64,000 nucleotides of DNA, from positions 20,274,001-20,338,000 of the forward strand of contig NC_082722.1 of NCBI RefSeq assembly GCF_030144855.1, in the 5' to 3' direction. Under the pieces are notes generated by a model. It saw only the letters and a list, made by a program, of their open reading frames with translations, had not been told where the DNA came from and did not search any database. Shown here one piece after another: positions 51,901 to 63,599 of the stretch. This DNA comes from Hypanus sabinus (Eukaryota). The number at the start of each line of letters is the position of its first letter. Position 1 is the first letter of the stretch. The position numbers and the translations under genes were made by a program.

Positions 51901-54900
51901 AACTCCGATTCTTATCAATATTATAATTAGAATTGCAATTGCCAGTCCGCCCAAAGCACATCCAAGAATCAGGGATTTATTGCTGACTTCTAGATCATGT
52001 AAAAAAAAAGAAACATATATACATATATAGAGACCATGAGAAAAAGTAGTACATTTTAATACCAGAGGAAATCATCAGGGCAGGCAGCATCTGTGGGGAA
52101 AAGCAGTTGACGTTTCAGGTGAGACTCTTGGCAGGACTGGTGTTGCCTGGCCTGCTGAGATCGTCCAGCATGTTGTATCTGCTGCTCGGAGTTCCAGCAT
52201 CTACAGATAATCTCTTGCTTGTGATTTGGTACTTTACAGTGAGTATTTCTTTTTTCATTTGGATTATAGGCATTTTTCTTTTTTTGATGCCTTTCCTGAT
52301 AGTTGGATCGCAATTGCGAAAGGACATCGTTTGTTTCTGAAATGTCACTGGAAAACTTTCTCAGTAGATCCCATTGGCAATAAACAGAAACTGACTTTTT
52401 TACTTTCTCAAGACATCACAAGATGCATTGGTAGATATTAAAAAGCGTAGTCCGAACCATATATGAGAAGTGACAAGATATTTGGTGAAAACCGGGGAAA
52501 CGAATGAACAGGTTTAGATGAAGTAATGGCAAAAAGGCAGTTGCAGCCAAAATTCCAGCTTTAAGTGCAGAGGCAGCCAAAGGCATAGAATTGCGCAAAA
52601 AGTTAAAAAAAAAAGATCAGTATATGGAACGATGGATGTACTGAAATACTATATATGAACATTTGTAACATTAAGATGATTTCACTCCTTCTGAACGTGA
52701 CTAACTTCCAAAATACACAATTTTGGAATTTGATCTTCTCCTGAATGTTTCGGATGTTTTGATTCTCAACTGGGATGAAGTATAACGATTGCATTCTCGG
52801 GCATTTCCAAATAATACACGTGCACAATATTAGGAGGCAGAAATTACAATGATTGATCAACTTATCAGTGAAGAAACCTTTTAGTACCGATTCTTATCAC
52901 TACAAGGAATCTATCTCTGGCTGAAGGAAACTGCCACTTGATATTCTCAGCCAGAATCCTATCTACGCATTGTAGTTAGATTGTACTCTCAACTGAGCGA
53001 GCTTTTTGAACAAATTTATATAAAATTATCTTTTCGTCACGCTGATATAAACATGCAAAAGGTAATATTCACATCATTACTGATCTTCTAAATACATAAT
53101 CTATTTCTTGCTTGAGAGTTCGGTTGGTGCAAATATACTATATGTCCTTTATACTGAATTTACCAAAGTAAAATATGTCTTAAAATTACTTTTACCCACA
53201 GTTATTAAATACGCATTCCTTCACGTTCTTCCGTTTGTAAATCTTGTTATTTCTTCTTTTTAACGAATGGCTAAAGATTAATGGCAAAGTGCACAAAGGA
53301 TAATGATTGACTTTCCACAAACGATTGTCGTGCTCAACTGGATAGAGAAAGTCATGGAACAGAATTGCATTTAATATCATATCACATCCATGTCATGTGC
53401 ATTCTTTAGTACTAATATAAAGTAAAATTAAAACTGATGGCCATAATAAAGAGACATTCTGGTCACACCATTTATTGGTGAAATTCCCGGCATTATCAAA
53501 AACAAATTTTCAATATGCAGGACAATAGAGCTGCGTTGGACTAATAGGGAAAGAAATAGGATTGCATTGTACTCCAGAATACGTATCCATGCCATTACCA
53601 AAGGTCATATTTCATAATGCTGCTGGAGTATATATTTTATATTACCCGGACTTCGTTTGAAACCATTACTACAAAGCGATGAATTCCGTCATCAAAATCC
53701 TTGATATATAAAGGGAAAAGAAGTAGTTCCAATCCCAACTCCTGTGGAACACCACTGTACCACCAGAAAATCATATTCCCGGTGATAAGTAGAACACGCA
53801 AGACCCAAACATTCTTCACATTTCCTCCTAGAAAATAAGTAAAGATACACGCTACTTCATCGACCATGTACCTGACAGCTGTCGAAATACCTCTTCTGGC
53901 ATCTCAGTTTTTTTTTAATATATCGGAATGTTTGCTATGTAATAGGCTATGCATAAATTTAAGAACTTCGTAAGAACATAAGAAATAGGAACAGCAGTAA
54001 GCCATCTGGCCCATCGAGCCTATAAGATCATGACTGATCTGATGAGGGACACATCTCCATCTACCTTCCTTTCCCCATACTGCTGAATTCCTCAGCTATG
54101 CAAACAACATATCCAACTTTGTTTTAAGTATTTTTACAGAGGTAGACTCTACTGCTTCATTGGACAGAGATTTTACTACTCTTTGCGAAAAGCAGTTCCT
54201 CTTTATATCCATCGTAAGGTTACCCCTCCGAATCTTGAGGCAATTTCCCTACTACAAGTCTCACCTATCAGTGGAAACAACTTTCCTGACTCTTTCTTAT
54301 CTAATCCTTTTGTAATTTTATATGTTTCTATAAGGTTTCCGCTCATCTTTCTGAATTCCAGCGAGTACAGTCACGAGCGACCGAATCTCTCCTCATACTT
54401 TAACCCTCTCATCTCTGGAATCAACCTGTTGAACGTCGTCTGTACTGTGACCAGTATATCCTTCCTCAAGTAAGAACACCAGAACTGCACGCAGTACTTT
54501 AGATTCGGCCTCACTACTACCCTATACTTCTGTAGCGTAAGTTCCTTGCTCTTAAGTTCAATCCCTCTAGCAATGAAGACCAACAATCCTCCTGCCTTCT
54601 TGATAGCCTGCTGCAACACCGAACCAACATTTTACGATTCATGCACAAGTATTCCCAGAACAGAAGTCTGCTGCAACCATATAAATAATGGTCTGATTTT
54701 GATTTTCCCTTCCAAAACAGATGACCTCGCATTTACCAACATTGTACTCTATCTGTCAGACTCTTACCCATTCACTAAACATATCATTTCTCGCTGCTGT
54801 CTATCTATATCCTCTGCATAATTTGTTTGTCCGCTCAGTTTAGTGTCGTCAGCAAACGTAGATAAACTACTGATTGCCAAACAGAGGAAGACTGATGTAT

Positions 54901-57900
54901 CCCAACTCTCAGCTTTTTATTTGCTAGCCATTTATCTATTCATGCTAATACATCACCCCCAACTCTATGCATTCATATCTTATGGACAGGTCTTTTATGT
55001 GGCGCCTTATTGAACGAATTCTGTAAATCCAATTATATAACGTCCATCTGACGCCGTCTATACACTGCTCTTGTTATATTATCAAAGTAATTTGTCAGAC
55101 AGGACCGGCGTTTGCTTCACACTTGTCTGTGCGGCTGACGGATCAATTTCTTTTCAGCAGTAATTCGTTACTTGTTGCTTAATGATAACTTCAAGTATTT
55201 TCCCAACTACAGGAGTTAACTAACTGGCATTTTACTTGCCTTTTGTCTACCTCTTTTATTGAACAGTGGCGAATGGCATTATCCCTCTTCCAATCCGCCG
55301 GGACCTGCCGTGAGTCCGGAGAATTTTGGCAAGTTATCACCAAAGCCCAACTATAACCTCTGCCAATTCTTTCAGTTCCCTGAGATCTGTCTTTCTTTTG
55401 ACCAGCAAGATTACTCAGCACTACCTGTTAAATTATAGCTATTGTATCGAGGTTCTCACCTCCAATTGCATTCATGTTATCTTAATTCGCCACGTTAGAC
55501 GTGCCCTCCACCGTGAAACTCGACACAAAATAGCTATTCAAAGCCTATTCAAAGCTCATTATCCAATACCAATTCCCTTTCTCGTCGCCCAAGGCACATA
55601 CGTTCACCTTGGCCACCGCTTTATATAATTATAAAAACTTTTACTATACGTTTCAATATGTTATAATGGTTTATTTTCATAATCCATCTTCCCATTCTTT
55701 ATTGTTTGGTTAGTGGTTTTTCGTTGCTTTTTAACGTTTTCCCAGTCTTCCAGTTTCCTGCTTCTCGGGGTGACTTGATACGCACGAGCTTTGAGCTTGT
55801 TTTCTTCTTTTATATCCTTAGTTATCCAAGGCTGGCGCACCCCGCCCTTACTATCCTTGCTTTCAACTGGAATATACCGTTATTGAACATCGTGAAAACA
55901 TAACCATATAACAATCACAGCACGGAAACAGGCCATCTCGGCCCTCCTAGTCCTTGCCGAACTCTGAGTCTCACCTAGTCCCACCTACCCGCACTCAGCC
56001 CATAACCCTCCACTCCTTTCCTGTCCATATACCTATCCAATTTTACCTTAAATGACACAACTGAACTGGCCTCTACTACTTCTACAGGAAGCTCATTCCA
56101 CACAGCTATCACTCTCTGAGTAAAGAAATACCCCCTCGTGTTTCCCTTAAACTTCTGCCCGCTAACTCTCAAATCATGTCCTCTCGTTTGAATCTCCCCT
56201 ACTCTCAATGGAAACAGCCTATTCACGTCAACTCTATCTATCCCTCTCAAAATTTTAAATACCTCGATCAAATCCGCCCTCAACCTTCTACGCTCCAATG
56301 AATAGAGACCTAACTTGTTCAACCTTTCTCTGTAACTTAAGTGCTGAAACCCAGGTAACATCCTAGTAAATCGTCTCTGCACTCTCTCTAAATTATTGAT
56401 ATCTTTCCTATAATTCGGTGACCAGAACTGCACACAATATTCTAAATTTGGCCTTACCAATGCCTCGTACAATTTTAACATTACATCCCAACTTCTGTAC
56501 TCAATGCTTTGATTTATAAAGGCCAGCATTCCAAAAGCCTTCTTCACCACCCCATCTACATGAGACGCTACCTTCAGGGAACTATGCACTGTTATTCCTA
56601 GATCTCTCTGTTCCTCTGCATTCCTTGAAAGTATCTTTGAAAGTATTCCAGTATTATAGCCTCAACGTCCCACGATGTAGCCTATGTTCCCAGTCTACCC
56701 TACTGAGCTCTTCCCTCATCATTTTGAACTCTCCCTTGATTAGTTATAATATACTGGTTTTAGATTTTAAAAAAAGCCCCTCCATTTATATAAGAAAGTC
56801 GGTCATGCTGCGATCACTCTTTCCAAGAGGATCCTTAACAACATCATTGGTAATTTTATTTGTCTCATTGCGCAGCGCTAGATCCAAGATAACGTGTTCC
56901 CTTATAGGTTCATCAACATGCTGTTGAAGAAAGCCAGCATGTATGGATTCTAGGAAGCCCTCTTTAATACTGCCTCGACCAACTTGACTCAAATAATCCA
57001 TGTGTATGTTAAAGTCCACTATACCTGCTGTTCCATTCTTACATGACTCAGATATTTCTCGGTTTATAGCCTCTGTCACTGTACTGTTATTATTCGGTAG
57101 CCTACAGAAAATTTCCACCAATGATTTTTCCCTTTACTATTCCTAATCCGATGGATTCAACATTCTGCTCCTGAGATCTTATATCGTCTCTCACTATGCA
57201 CTGATTGCATCTTTAATTTAGATCGCTTTCCCACCTGCCTTATCTTCCTGCCTATTCTCCCGTATCACCTGATATCCTTGTTAATTTAATTCTTTATTCT
57301 CTTCATTCTGCAAACACGTTTTTGTATAGGCCACTAAATCATAGGCCCTTATACTGATTTGTGCAACAACTTCATTGACCTTGATACGGACACTACAGAC
57401 ATTTAGATAAAGTGCCCTTACAACGCATTGTGCCTTTAAAATCTAGTGATCTTTGTCTCGTAGGTGGTGGACTCTATGGATTCCACCCTTACCTTTCTCT
57501 TTTTCTAATTTTTGCTTTTAATTTATCTTTATCCACACACTTTACTCTTTTCCTTTATTAATACTTCTCCAATCTACTGAACCAAGCTCCATGCTACTTG
57601 TTTGAAATAACCAACCCATTCCACAACCCAAGTTAAGCGATTCGTCAGGATCCAGATCCCATCACGTTTCAGGTGGAGCGCGTCCGAATGGAACAGCCCC
57701 CTCCTAAATCCTGGTGCCAGTTTCCCATGAATTCACCCCCACTTCTCCCACACCAATTCTTCAGCTACGTGTTTAACTGTCTAATATTTTGCACGTGGTT
57801 CAAGTTGTAATACAAAGTTAACTACTTTTGTTTTTGGTTCTGCTTCTAAGTTAGTCCCTTGCTGCTCAAAATCCCTCAGCAGGATCACTTTCCTCGGTCT

Positions 57901-60036
57901 ACTTTTGTCGTTGATCCCTACATTTCCTTGCAGGCAGGAAATAAAGTAAAATAAAAAGTACACACGTTATTTTTTCCTCGTTGGATAAAGAAATGAGATT
58001 TCATAGTACAGCTCTCCAGGCATTTTTGTTTCATTCATCTGAGCTTGCTTTAAATGCTTCTGTTCTTACCTTGTTCAATAATATAGCTGAAACTGGCAGG
58101 AATTTTTAGCGTTTCGTGAGATACCAGGCAGGTGTAAACCACTTTTCCCTGAGTTGGCTGTGCATCTTCCAAAGTACTCGAAGCCTCATAAAATCCTACT
58201 GACGTCTCTTTTATTGATATTTCTGGTTTGTTTAGAATTTCCATATTATTTCTTCGCCAAAAGATGTCTAATTTCTTAGGATAAAATGCTGCAGTTTTAC
58301 ACATCAGTTTCCGGGATTTAGATGTTGTTTCTTCAACACGAATGATTTTCAGCGGAGTTGGCGGAGCTACAAAAGAATAAAACGGACGTAGAATATTTAG
58401 CTATTATTTGTTTGCACGTACTCTCCGCCGCACGCTACCACTCTCAATTGTTATCAATACGGCCGTTTAAATTCGCCAGAGTTTCTCAATTTTTTGATCG
58501 TTTCAGGGGGCCTGTAAACATGAGAAAACAGATGTGCTGGTGACAGCTGGAGAACGCATGCCTGTATGGAATAAACGCAGCAGACTTAGAGCTTTCTAGG
58601 ATTGACTAGGATTCCTCAAACTGGCCATTTTGTCCCTAACTCTGCCGTTGTAGGTAAATTTTGTATGTGTGCAAAATGTGAGGTTTTAATGGGATCGGCA
58701 TTGTGAAGGTGCACACGTAACAAGTTGTGTTTCTCACTGTATAGGTATTAATCCTACGTCCCGTAATTGACATTAATGAAGTGGGTTTGTTTGCCTTTGG
58801 GATTTAGATTGAAGGTGAATATATTCCTCTGTGAATTTACTGAATTGTTGATTACGGTATTTCGATGTTCCCCGTCTCCCAAAACTTCATCGTCAGTTTG
58901 GCAGAGTGAAAGATGTTTCTTAATTACTTACAAATATTTGTAGCTATGCGTTTAACAACTGCAGAATAGAAATCAATGAAATACGTCGTGATGTGGTAGT
59001 ATAAAAAACCGGCTGAAGAACGGGCGGATGTAGTTTAAACTCGGCAAATCCTCGCTTTGAATTAGATTGCTTGTGATTTGCCCTTCAACAGAATTTGTCT
59101 ACAGCTCCCTAGTTCAGCCGAATCAAAATCGTCGTCCAAAAATTAGGTGGTTCAGTTCATCCGCAATTTAAATCATTAGATTGATACATTTTTGGGGCTG
59201 TTGGTGGACTAGGTCATGGCGGGGACAGGGTGGGACGTTGTGCAGGAATATAGGAATATTGTTGGAAATATCAATGGTCCAAAAATTAATTGGACCAAAA
59301 CCTAATCTCCAGAATCACATCGAAATAATAAACAGAAAAATCCGAAAAGTTCTAAAATGATATTTTCATTTCTTTTAAAGATTTAAAGCAAATTAGTGGC
59401 ACAAATTCTAAACCAGCTATACTATTTCACAACCACAGTTCCGCAATCGCGGATTTTCCTAAAATGCAAAGGGATTCGAATTCTCCATTTCCAGGAATAA
59501 AGACACTTACTTAACACAATAAGCTGAGAGCCACTACCATTTCCCAATATTTGTTGTTGACTTTTCACTTGACAGTAGTACACGCCGTTGTCTGTGTATC
59601 TCACATTCCGGAGGGTAAATGTGCCACGACCTTTCTTTACATTGAACTGATATCTGCTGTCTGGTTCGATAAATGTATTCTGACCATCCTTCCACCACGA
59701 AACTTCAGCAGTATCTTGTAATATTGGAAATTTGCAAAACATGGATTCAGTTCCGCCGATTGAGACTTTTATTGTTGGAGGGAATTGTTCCACTTTGGCC
59801 GAAGTTCCTTTTGAGGCTGACAAAGCATAAGTCAGAATGATGCATTCACTGTACAGAGAATCAACAGACAAAATAGGCAGAACAGTGGACATTTGCAATA
59901 GGAAAATTTGCTGCCGGTTACAATTGTATAATGTTATAACATACTTCTTTCGTAGATACGGCACAAAAAAATTAAGCGTACCTGGCCAAAATGCGGCGAG
60001 AAGAGCCAAGAACCAAACTTTTGCATCCACCGACAT
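48858..60036 (-). CDS. Spliced gene (copy C): leader-VJ-C1-TM-2xITIM immunoglobulin-superfamily inhibitory receptor, 310 aa; join complement(59982-60036,59511-59816,58070-58366,51888-51989,51329-51372,48858-48986)
   Basis: Six exons with GT-AG boundaries and compatible phases (1,1,1,1,0); 55+306+297+102+44+129=933 nt with no internal stop. Protein: MSVDAKVWFLALLAAFWPA SKGTSAKVEQFPPTIKVSIGGTESMFCKFPILQDTAEVSWWKDGQNTFIEPDSRYQFNVKKGRGTFTLRNVRYTDNGVYYCQVKSQQQILGNGSGSQLIVLT PPTPLKIIRVEETTSKSRKLMCKTAAFYPKKLDIFWRRNNMEILNKPEISIKETSVGFYEASSTLEDAQPTQGKVVYTCLVSHETLKIPASFSYIIEQE VSNKSLILGCALGGLAIAILIIILIRIGVKPKRG NKTNAEEACQSGEP AGLAPVENALPYATLNVKENKIIHKVRHQDENVVYAKVKSRD*. Confidence 0.88.
49470..51270 (+). 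mobile_element. CR1 LINE RT and 3' end in intron 5 of the receptor gene (antisense)
   Basis: LPQGSVLGPVLFLIFINDLD...KFADDT, PHLEY, RGDLIEVYK; frameshifted. Confidence 0.92.
51329..51372 (-). CDS. Exon 5, short cytoplasmic exon (GNKTNAEEACQSGEP)
   Basis: Acceptor ttttaattcccttag|, consensus donor CCG|gtgagt; 44 nt, phase 1-0. Confidence 0.82.
51888..51989 (-). CDS. Exon 4, transmembrane segment
   Basis: Acceptor ttttttttacatgatctag|, donor CGTG|gtaaga; encodes EVSNKS-LILGCALGGLAIAILIIILI-RIGVKPKR (20 uncharged residues then basic stop-transfer); 102 nt, phase 1-1. Confidence 0.9.
52035..52225. repeat. Short SINE/MITE-like repeat with complementary ends in intron 3
   Basis: gcaggcagcatctgtgg...gacgtttcagg...tgcctggcctgctgag...ccagcatctacag; same family as the Penelope-like tails. 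Confidence 0.6.
53640..57920 (-). mobile_element. Old CR1 remnants (ORF1/endonuclease/RT/3' end) filling intron 3, same orientation as the gene
   Basis: VVRPNLKYCVQFW (54371-54619), endonuclease-like ORF 56786-57121, (taagaaca)n-type tail at ~53970. Confidence 0.85.
55900..56625 (-). mobile_element. Younger 5'-truncated CR1 nested in the older CR1
   Basis: Uninterrupted 204-aa RT C-terminus (VRPNLEYCVQFWSP...RRRLRADLIEVFKI) plus intact 3' UTR and short tandem tail. Confidence 0.9.
58070..58366 (-). CDS. Exon 3, Ig C1-set domain
   Basis: Acceptor ttattcttttgtag|, donor CAAG|gtaaga; motifs LMCKTAAFYP, IFW, YTCLVSH; 297 nt, phase 1-1. Confidence 0.93.
59511..59816 (-). CDS. Exon 2, germline-joined VJ-type Ig V domain
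   Basis: Acceptor ctgacttatgctttgtcag|, donor TTAA|gtaagt; canonical C (FCKF), W (VSWW), DNGVYYC and J-like GNGSGSQLIV in one 306-nt exon; lies inside ORF 59422-60099. Confidence 0.93.
59982..60036 (-). CDS. Exon 1, signal peptide (MSVDAKVWFLALLAAFWP)
   Basis: ATG at 60036, hydrophobic core, phase-1 donor CCAG|gtacgc; 165-nt intron to the V exon. Confidence 0.85.
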
Positions 60037-60093
60037 TGCCAATGAAAGTGGTCTTTCTGAAAGATAGAAATTCATTCGATGCAATAATGAAGA

Positions 60094-60172
60094 CCTCATT
60101 ATTTATGAAGTCACATGGTCAAGGCTACGTCGATGCCTTGAGTACAGGAAATGCTGCAGATACAGGAAATCC
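60094..60172 (-). promoter_or_regulatory. Candidate proximal promoter: TATA-like CATAAAT, E-box CATGTG, two ETS-type sites
   Basis: Forward atttatg at 60101-60107, cacatg at 60112-60117, and tacaggaaat twice (60143-60152, 60161-60170), 65-135 nt upstream of the ATG. Confidence 0.4.
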
Positions 60173-61049
60173 CGAATAATACAGAGAAATGCTAGCAGAG
60201 CTCACCATCAATGATGAAAAACAAAAAGTTGATGACTCGGGGTAAGATCCTTCTTCAGTACTGCAAACCAATTGGGAGAAGCCACAATAAGGAGATAAGG
60301 GAGAGAAACGCGTATATCCAAGCAGCTGATATGTGGCTGGAGGCGGACATAAGGAGATGACACTTGATAGATGGATTTATATCGGTAGCCTCCAATCTGC
60401 TGATATGAACACTGATTTCTCTAACTTTCATTAAATTCGCTCATACATTTCCCATTCTGGGTCTCTTTTTATCCTTTCTCTTCTTCTCAGCTCGCTTTGC
60501 AGCTCTTCCTCCTTCGCTTTCTCTAATCGTCCAATCTCCTCTCCTATCACATTGCGTCGCATTTGGCAAGACCAACAGGACTAGTAAATCCCGGTTCAGG
60601 AGGATAATGAGATATTGTTTCGGAGAAAGGAGACCTGCGTCATTTGTAGGAAACGGGTTCAAGCAATTTCCGACAGAAATATGAGCTGTATTATAATACA
60701 CCTGCCGGAAATCATGAGAGTAGAAAGATAGCACTGTACAACTACTGAATATAAAGTAAGAAGAAATGAGGAAATAGCGACTGAGAAATCGCGATGACCA
60801 AGCTGTAAATTATTATTTCACTGTGGTTAAAATCCTGGGAGCTAAGGGATTTAGGGGAAAAACACATTATTCTTTCAACAGATGCACATGAGAAAAATTG
60901 AGGCGTGGGGTTAACGGGGTGCTCACGGTGTAAGTACACAGTCCGCTTGATGAACAGACGGCACCTAACCAAGTGTATCATTTGACATTGTGAGAAGCTA
61001 GAGGAGAAATTGTAAGGCCTGTTGCAAAAATATCGGCATCGGCTTTAAT

Positions 61050-62330
61050 CAGGATTGTGTTACCGCAGCATTGGAGAGTATCAAATGTGCATTTATTTAA
61101 GATGATCTTCAAGTGCAAAAGGAGAGTTGAATGTGGCGAGCACGACATTGGTGCGTGGAGAAGTACTGGAGTGAATCGGATAGAGAGAATCTATCACAAT
61201 TTGGAAAGGCAAAAGTTGAAATAGTGACTGTAGCATGGATTTGTCATTTGAAATATCATCTAAAAATTTGAACGCGTTGTTTTGAAGAGGTGATGAAGAA
61301 AATTGCAGCAAATGGACTTGTCCTTCATTGAATTTTGCAAGGTTCCGTATGACAGGCTTGCATAAAAAGGTAGATGCCATGGGAGTCAGTGTGAGCCAGC
61401 CACCTGAGCACAAGAACGCAAAATAGGTTTAGGAAAGGGAGTCAGACAGTGACAGTAGAAATTTGATATCAAGAATGACCGTCTGCAGCTAGTGGTGTAC
61501 TGAACAGGTAAGTTCCAGTTCTAGTATTGTTTACCATCTCCGAAATAGTCAGAGGAACATATTTTTAATTTCAATAATATCGTTCGGAATGCATCGACAT
61601 TGGTGAAAGATAGCTGCGACGATAAACTGCAAAGGTAGGGCATGCCAATGCAGATAAGATATTAGTCGGACATTTGGGAAGTGTTGTACTTTGGTTCGTT
61701 AAGCCAGAAGCAGGAATTACACAGTCGATTTCCCAGGGAGTTGAAGTAATACAAACTGACTGAGGGGTACATGAAGATTGATCTTTGAAAGCGACACAGA
61801 GGTGGACAGACTGGTGAAGAATGTGCTTGTCACATTTATTTAACAGTTGTATCAATGAGTATAGCATTTGGATCGTCATGTTCACTGTATAAGTCATTGG
61901 TGAACAGACTCAGAGGGTTCTGAGCACTTCTGACCAGCCAGCTGAAGTAACGGCCCGACGAAGCTTGAGATACTGCAGGAGAAATTCGTAAATACATTTG
62001 CGGGACAGCATGTTTTTCGCTGTAAGGAGAGACTGGGGTTACTCGTCCCTAGAGCACAGGAGGTTCAGTGGTGACATTATATATTGAGGAACGTAAGCAG
62101 GGTTATAGTTATAGTCTTTGTTCCCAGAATAGCTGAATCAAAAATGAAAATGCATGCATTGAAGATGAGAGAGAAAACATTTAAATGGATCTGGAGCAAG
62201 CTTTACAAAGCAATGGACTGGGAACTGAAATAAAGTATAGGAGGAATCGGTAGAGGTGGGTACCATTGCAATGCTGTCGAAACATTCGGATTGGTACATA
62301 GATAGAAAAGGTTTATTGTTATTGTTAAAA
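61050..62330 (+). mobile_element. Very old CR1 remnants upstream of copy C
   Basis: Degenerate GFV..KS.L..L..F / D....F.K and 3' regions; shared in position with copies A and B. Confidence 0.6.
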
Positions 62331-63599
62331 CTTTATCACAATTAAAGTTCCTGGTGTAGTGCCGTCTGACGCCACGGATCCATTTAGGTTGTGGGGAGGC
62401 CGTTCTTTGGACTTTTGGGAATTGTAGGGCTTTGTCAGTATAATGTAGCGTTAATGCGTGATTTATATAATTGATGCAAGATAGGAGGCATTGAAGAGTT
62501 GGCACAAATGTGTTCTGTACACGTATAACTTAATCCAGTATAACATCAGATTATTCCCCAATTGTGGGCTCATGTTAAGTTCAACTAAAGAAACAAGCGC
62601 AGGAAACAATTGTCCCACTCATATGAAAATAATTTTTTCCGAAAAAAATACCCACCTGACATTTGGAGGGGAGAGCAATATTCACCTATTAGTTAATAGA
62701 ATAGAATGATGAGAATCACACTGGAGGATAAAACAAAGCACAAATGTGTTATCAGCTTAAAATACACCTTAGCGATATTGGCCAGATTATATTTAAATCC
62801 GCAAATATTTGTTAATTGAAAGTTATTCACTGCTGAAAACTTTGTTTGATCTGTTTTAAAGTGTTGATAACTAAGAAAAACTTTTCTTTGGCGTTTGCAA
62901 ATTTTTAACTTTATTTTTTGTTTTCATTTTGGAAGATATAGGAATTTTTGAACGTTGCGAAAAAAAAACAGCTGTTTAAACGTTTTGGATTTGACAGTTC
63001 CAGTTAACACTGAAGGCTATTGGATTAATTTCCTCAAGAGGCGTATCAGAATATTCGGCAAACCACACCATTTGTGGAAAACTTGACTAATACGATGTGC
63101 ACGAGTTTGTAACATGAAATCTTTCCCCAACAATCCGGAACGTTGTCATATTTAAAAAACTACTCACAGGCAGGGAGAACCAAACAGTTGGAAACAAAAT
63201 CAATCCCTTAATTTTCAGCCATTCTTTGGGCGATCAATCAGAAATTTTACAGCTGTGTCTTTTTCCCTGACGCTGTATGATCAACTAACTGTTAATCTCC
63301 ATGTTGCCTCTATTTTTTTTCCGACATAGTTTTTTTGTGAAAATTTTGCTGCTACTATCCAGAAATTACTGTGCATATAAACTTATATCCATCCCCATGT
63401 TCTTGGGTTACTTCATTCAAGTCTTTGAAAACATAGTGAGCTGTTGAATCCAAGAGCAAAAAGATTTCAGCATGCTCTGTGCCACTTCTTCGCTCCTCTC
63501 AGCGGCAGTTATTGTAGCAATTCTCCGTCAGAGACAGCACATTATCATTACTTCCCAGTGTTACCATTTTCAGCTAATATCGAATATTTTCTCAGAGAA

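Noticed and set aside
52416-52598. Hydrophobic minus-strand ORF (AGILAATAFLPLL…)
   Set aside because: Weak acceptor, no suitable donor, and interrupted by polar residues; not needed for the gene model
52960-53042. Minus-strand stretch encoding the ITIM-like ILYKFV
   Set aside because: Lies upstream of the TM exon, so it cannot be cytoplasmic in this gene; a six-residue match is expected by chance
53192-53337. Possible alternative TM exon with a Lys (…IVCGKSIIILCAL…KRR) in intron 3
   Set aside because: The hydrophobic reading needs frameshifts. The phase-1 frame from the acceptor (VEHDNRLWKVNHYPLCTLPLIF) is not a convincing TM, and a clean TM exon exists at 51888-51989.
57781-57963. ORF directly after the C1 exon with an apparent acceptor
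   Set aside because: Sequence looks like the 5' (ORF1) end of the CR1 remnant and has no Ig or TM features
59422-60099. 225-aa ORF as a single-exon gene
   Set aside because: It is leader + in-frame 165-nt intron + V exon + intron read-through. Splice sites give the better model, although intron-1 retention would keep the frame.
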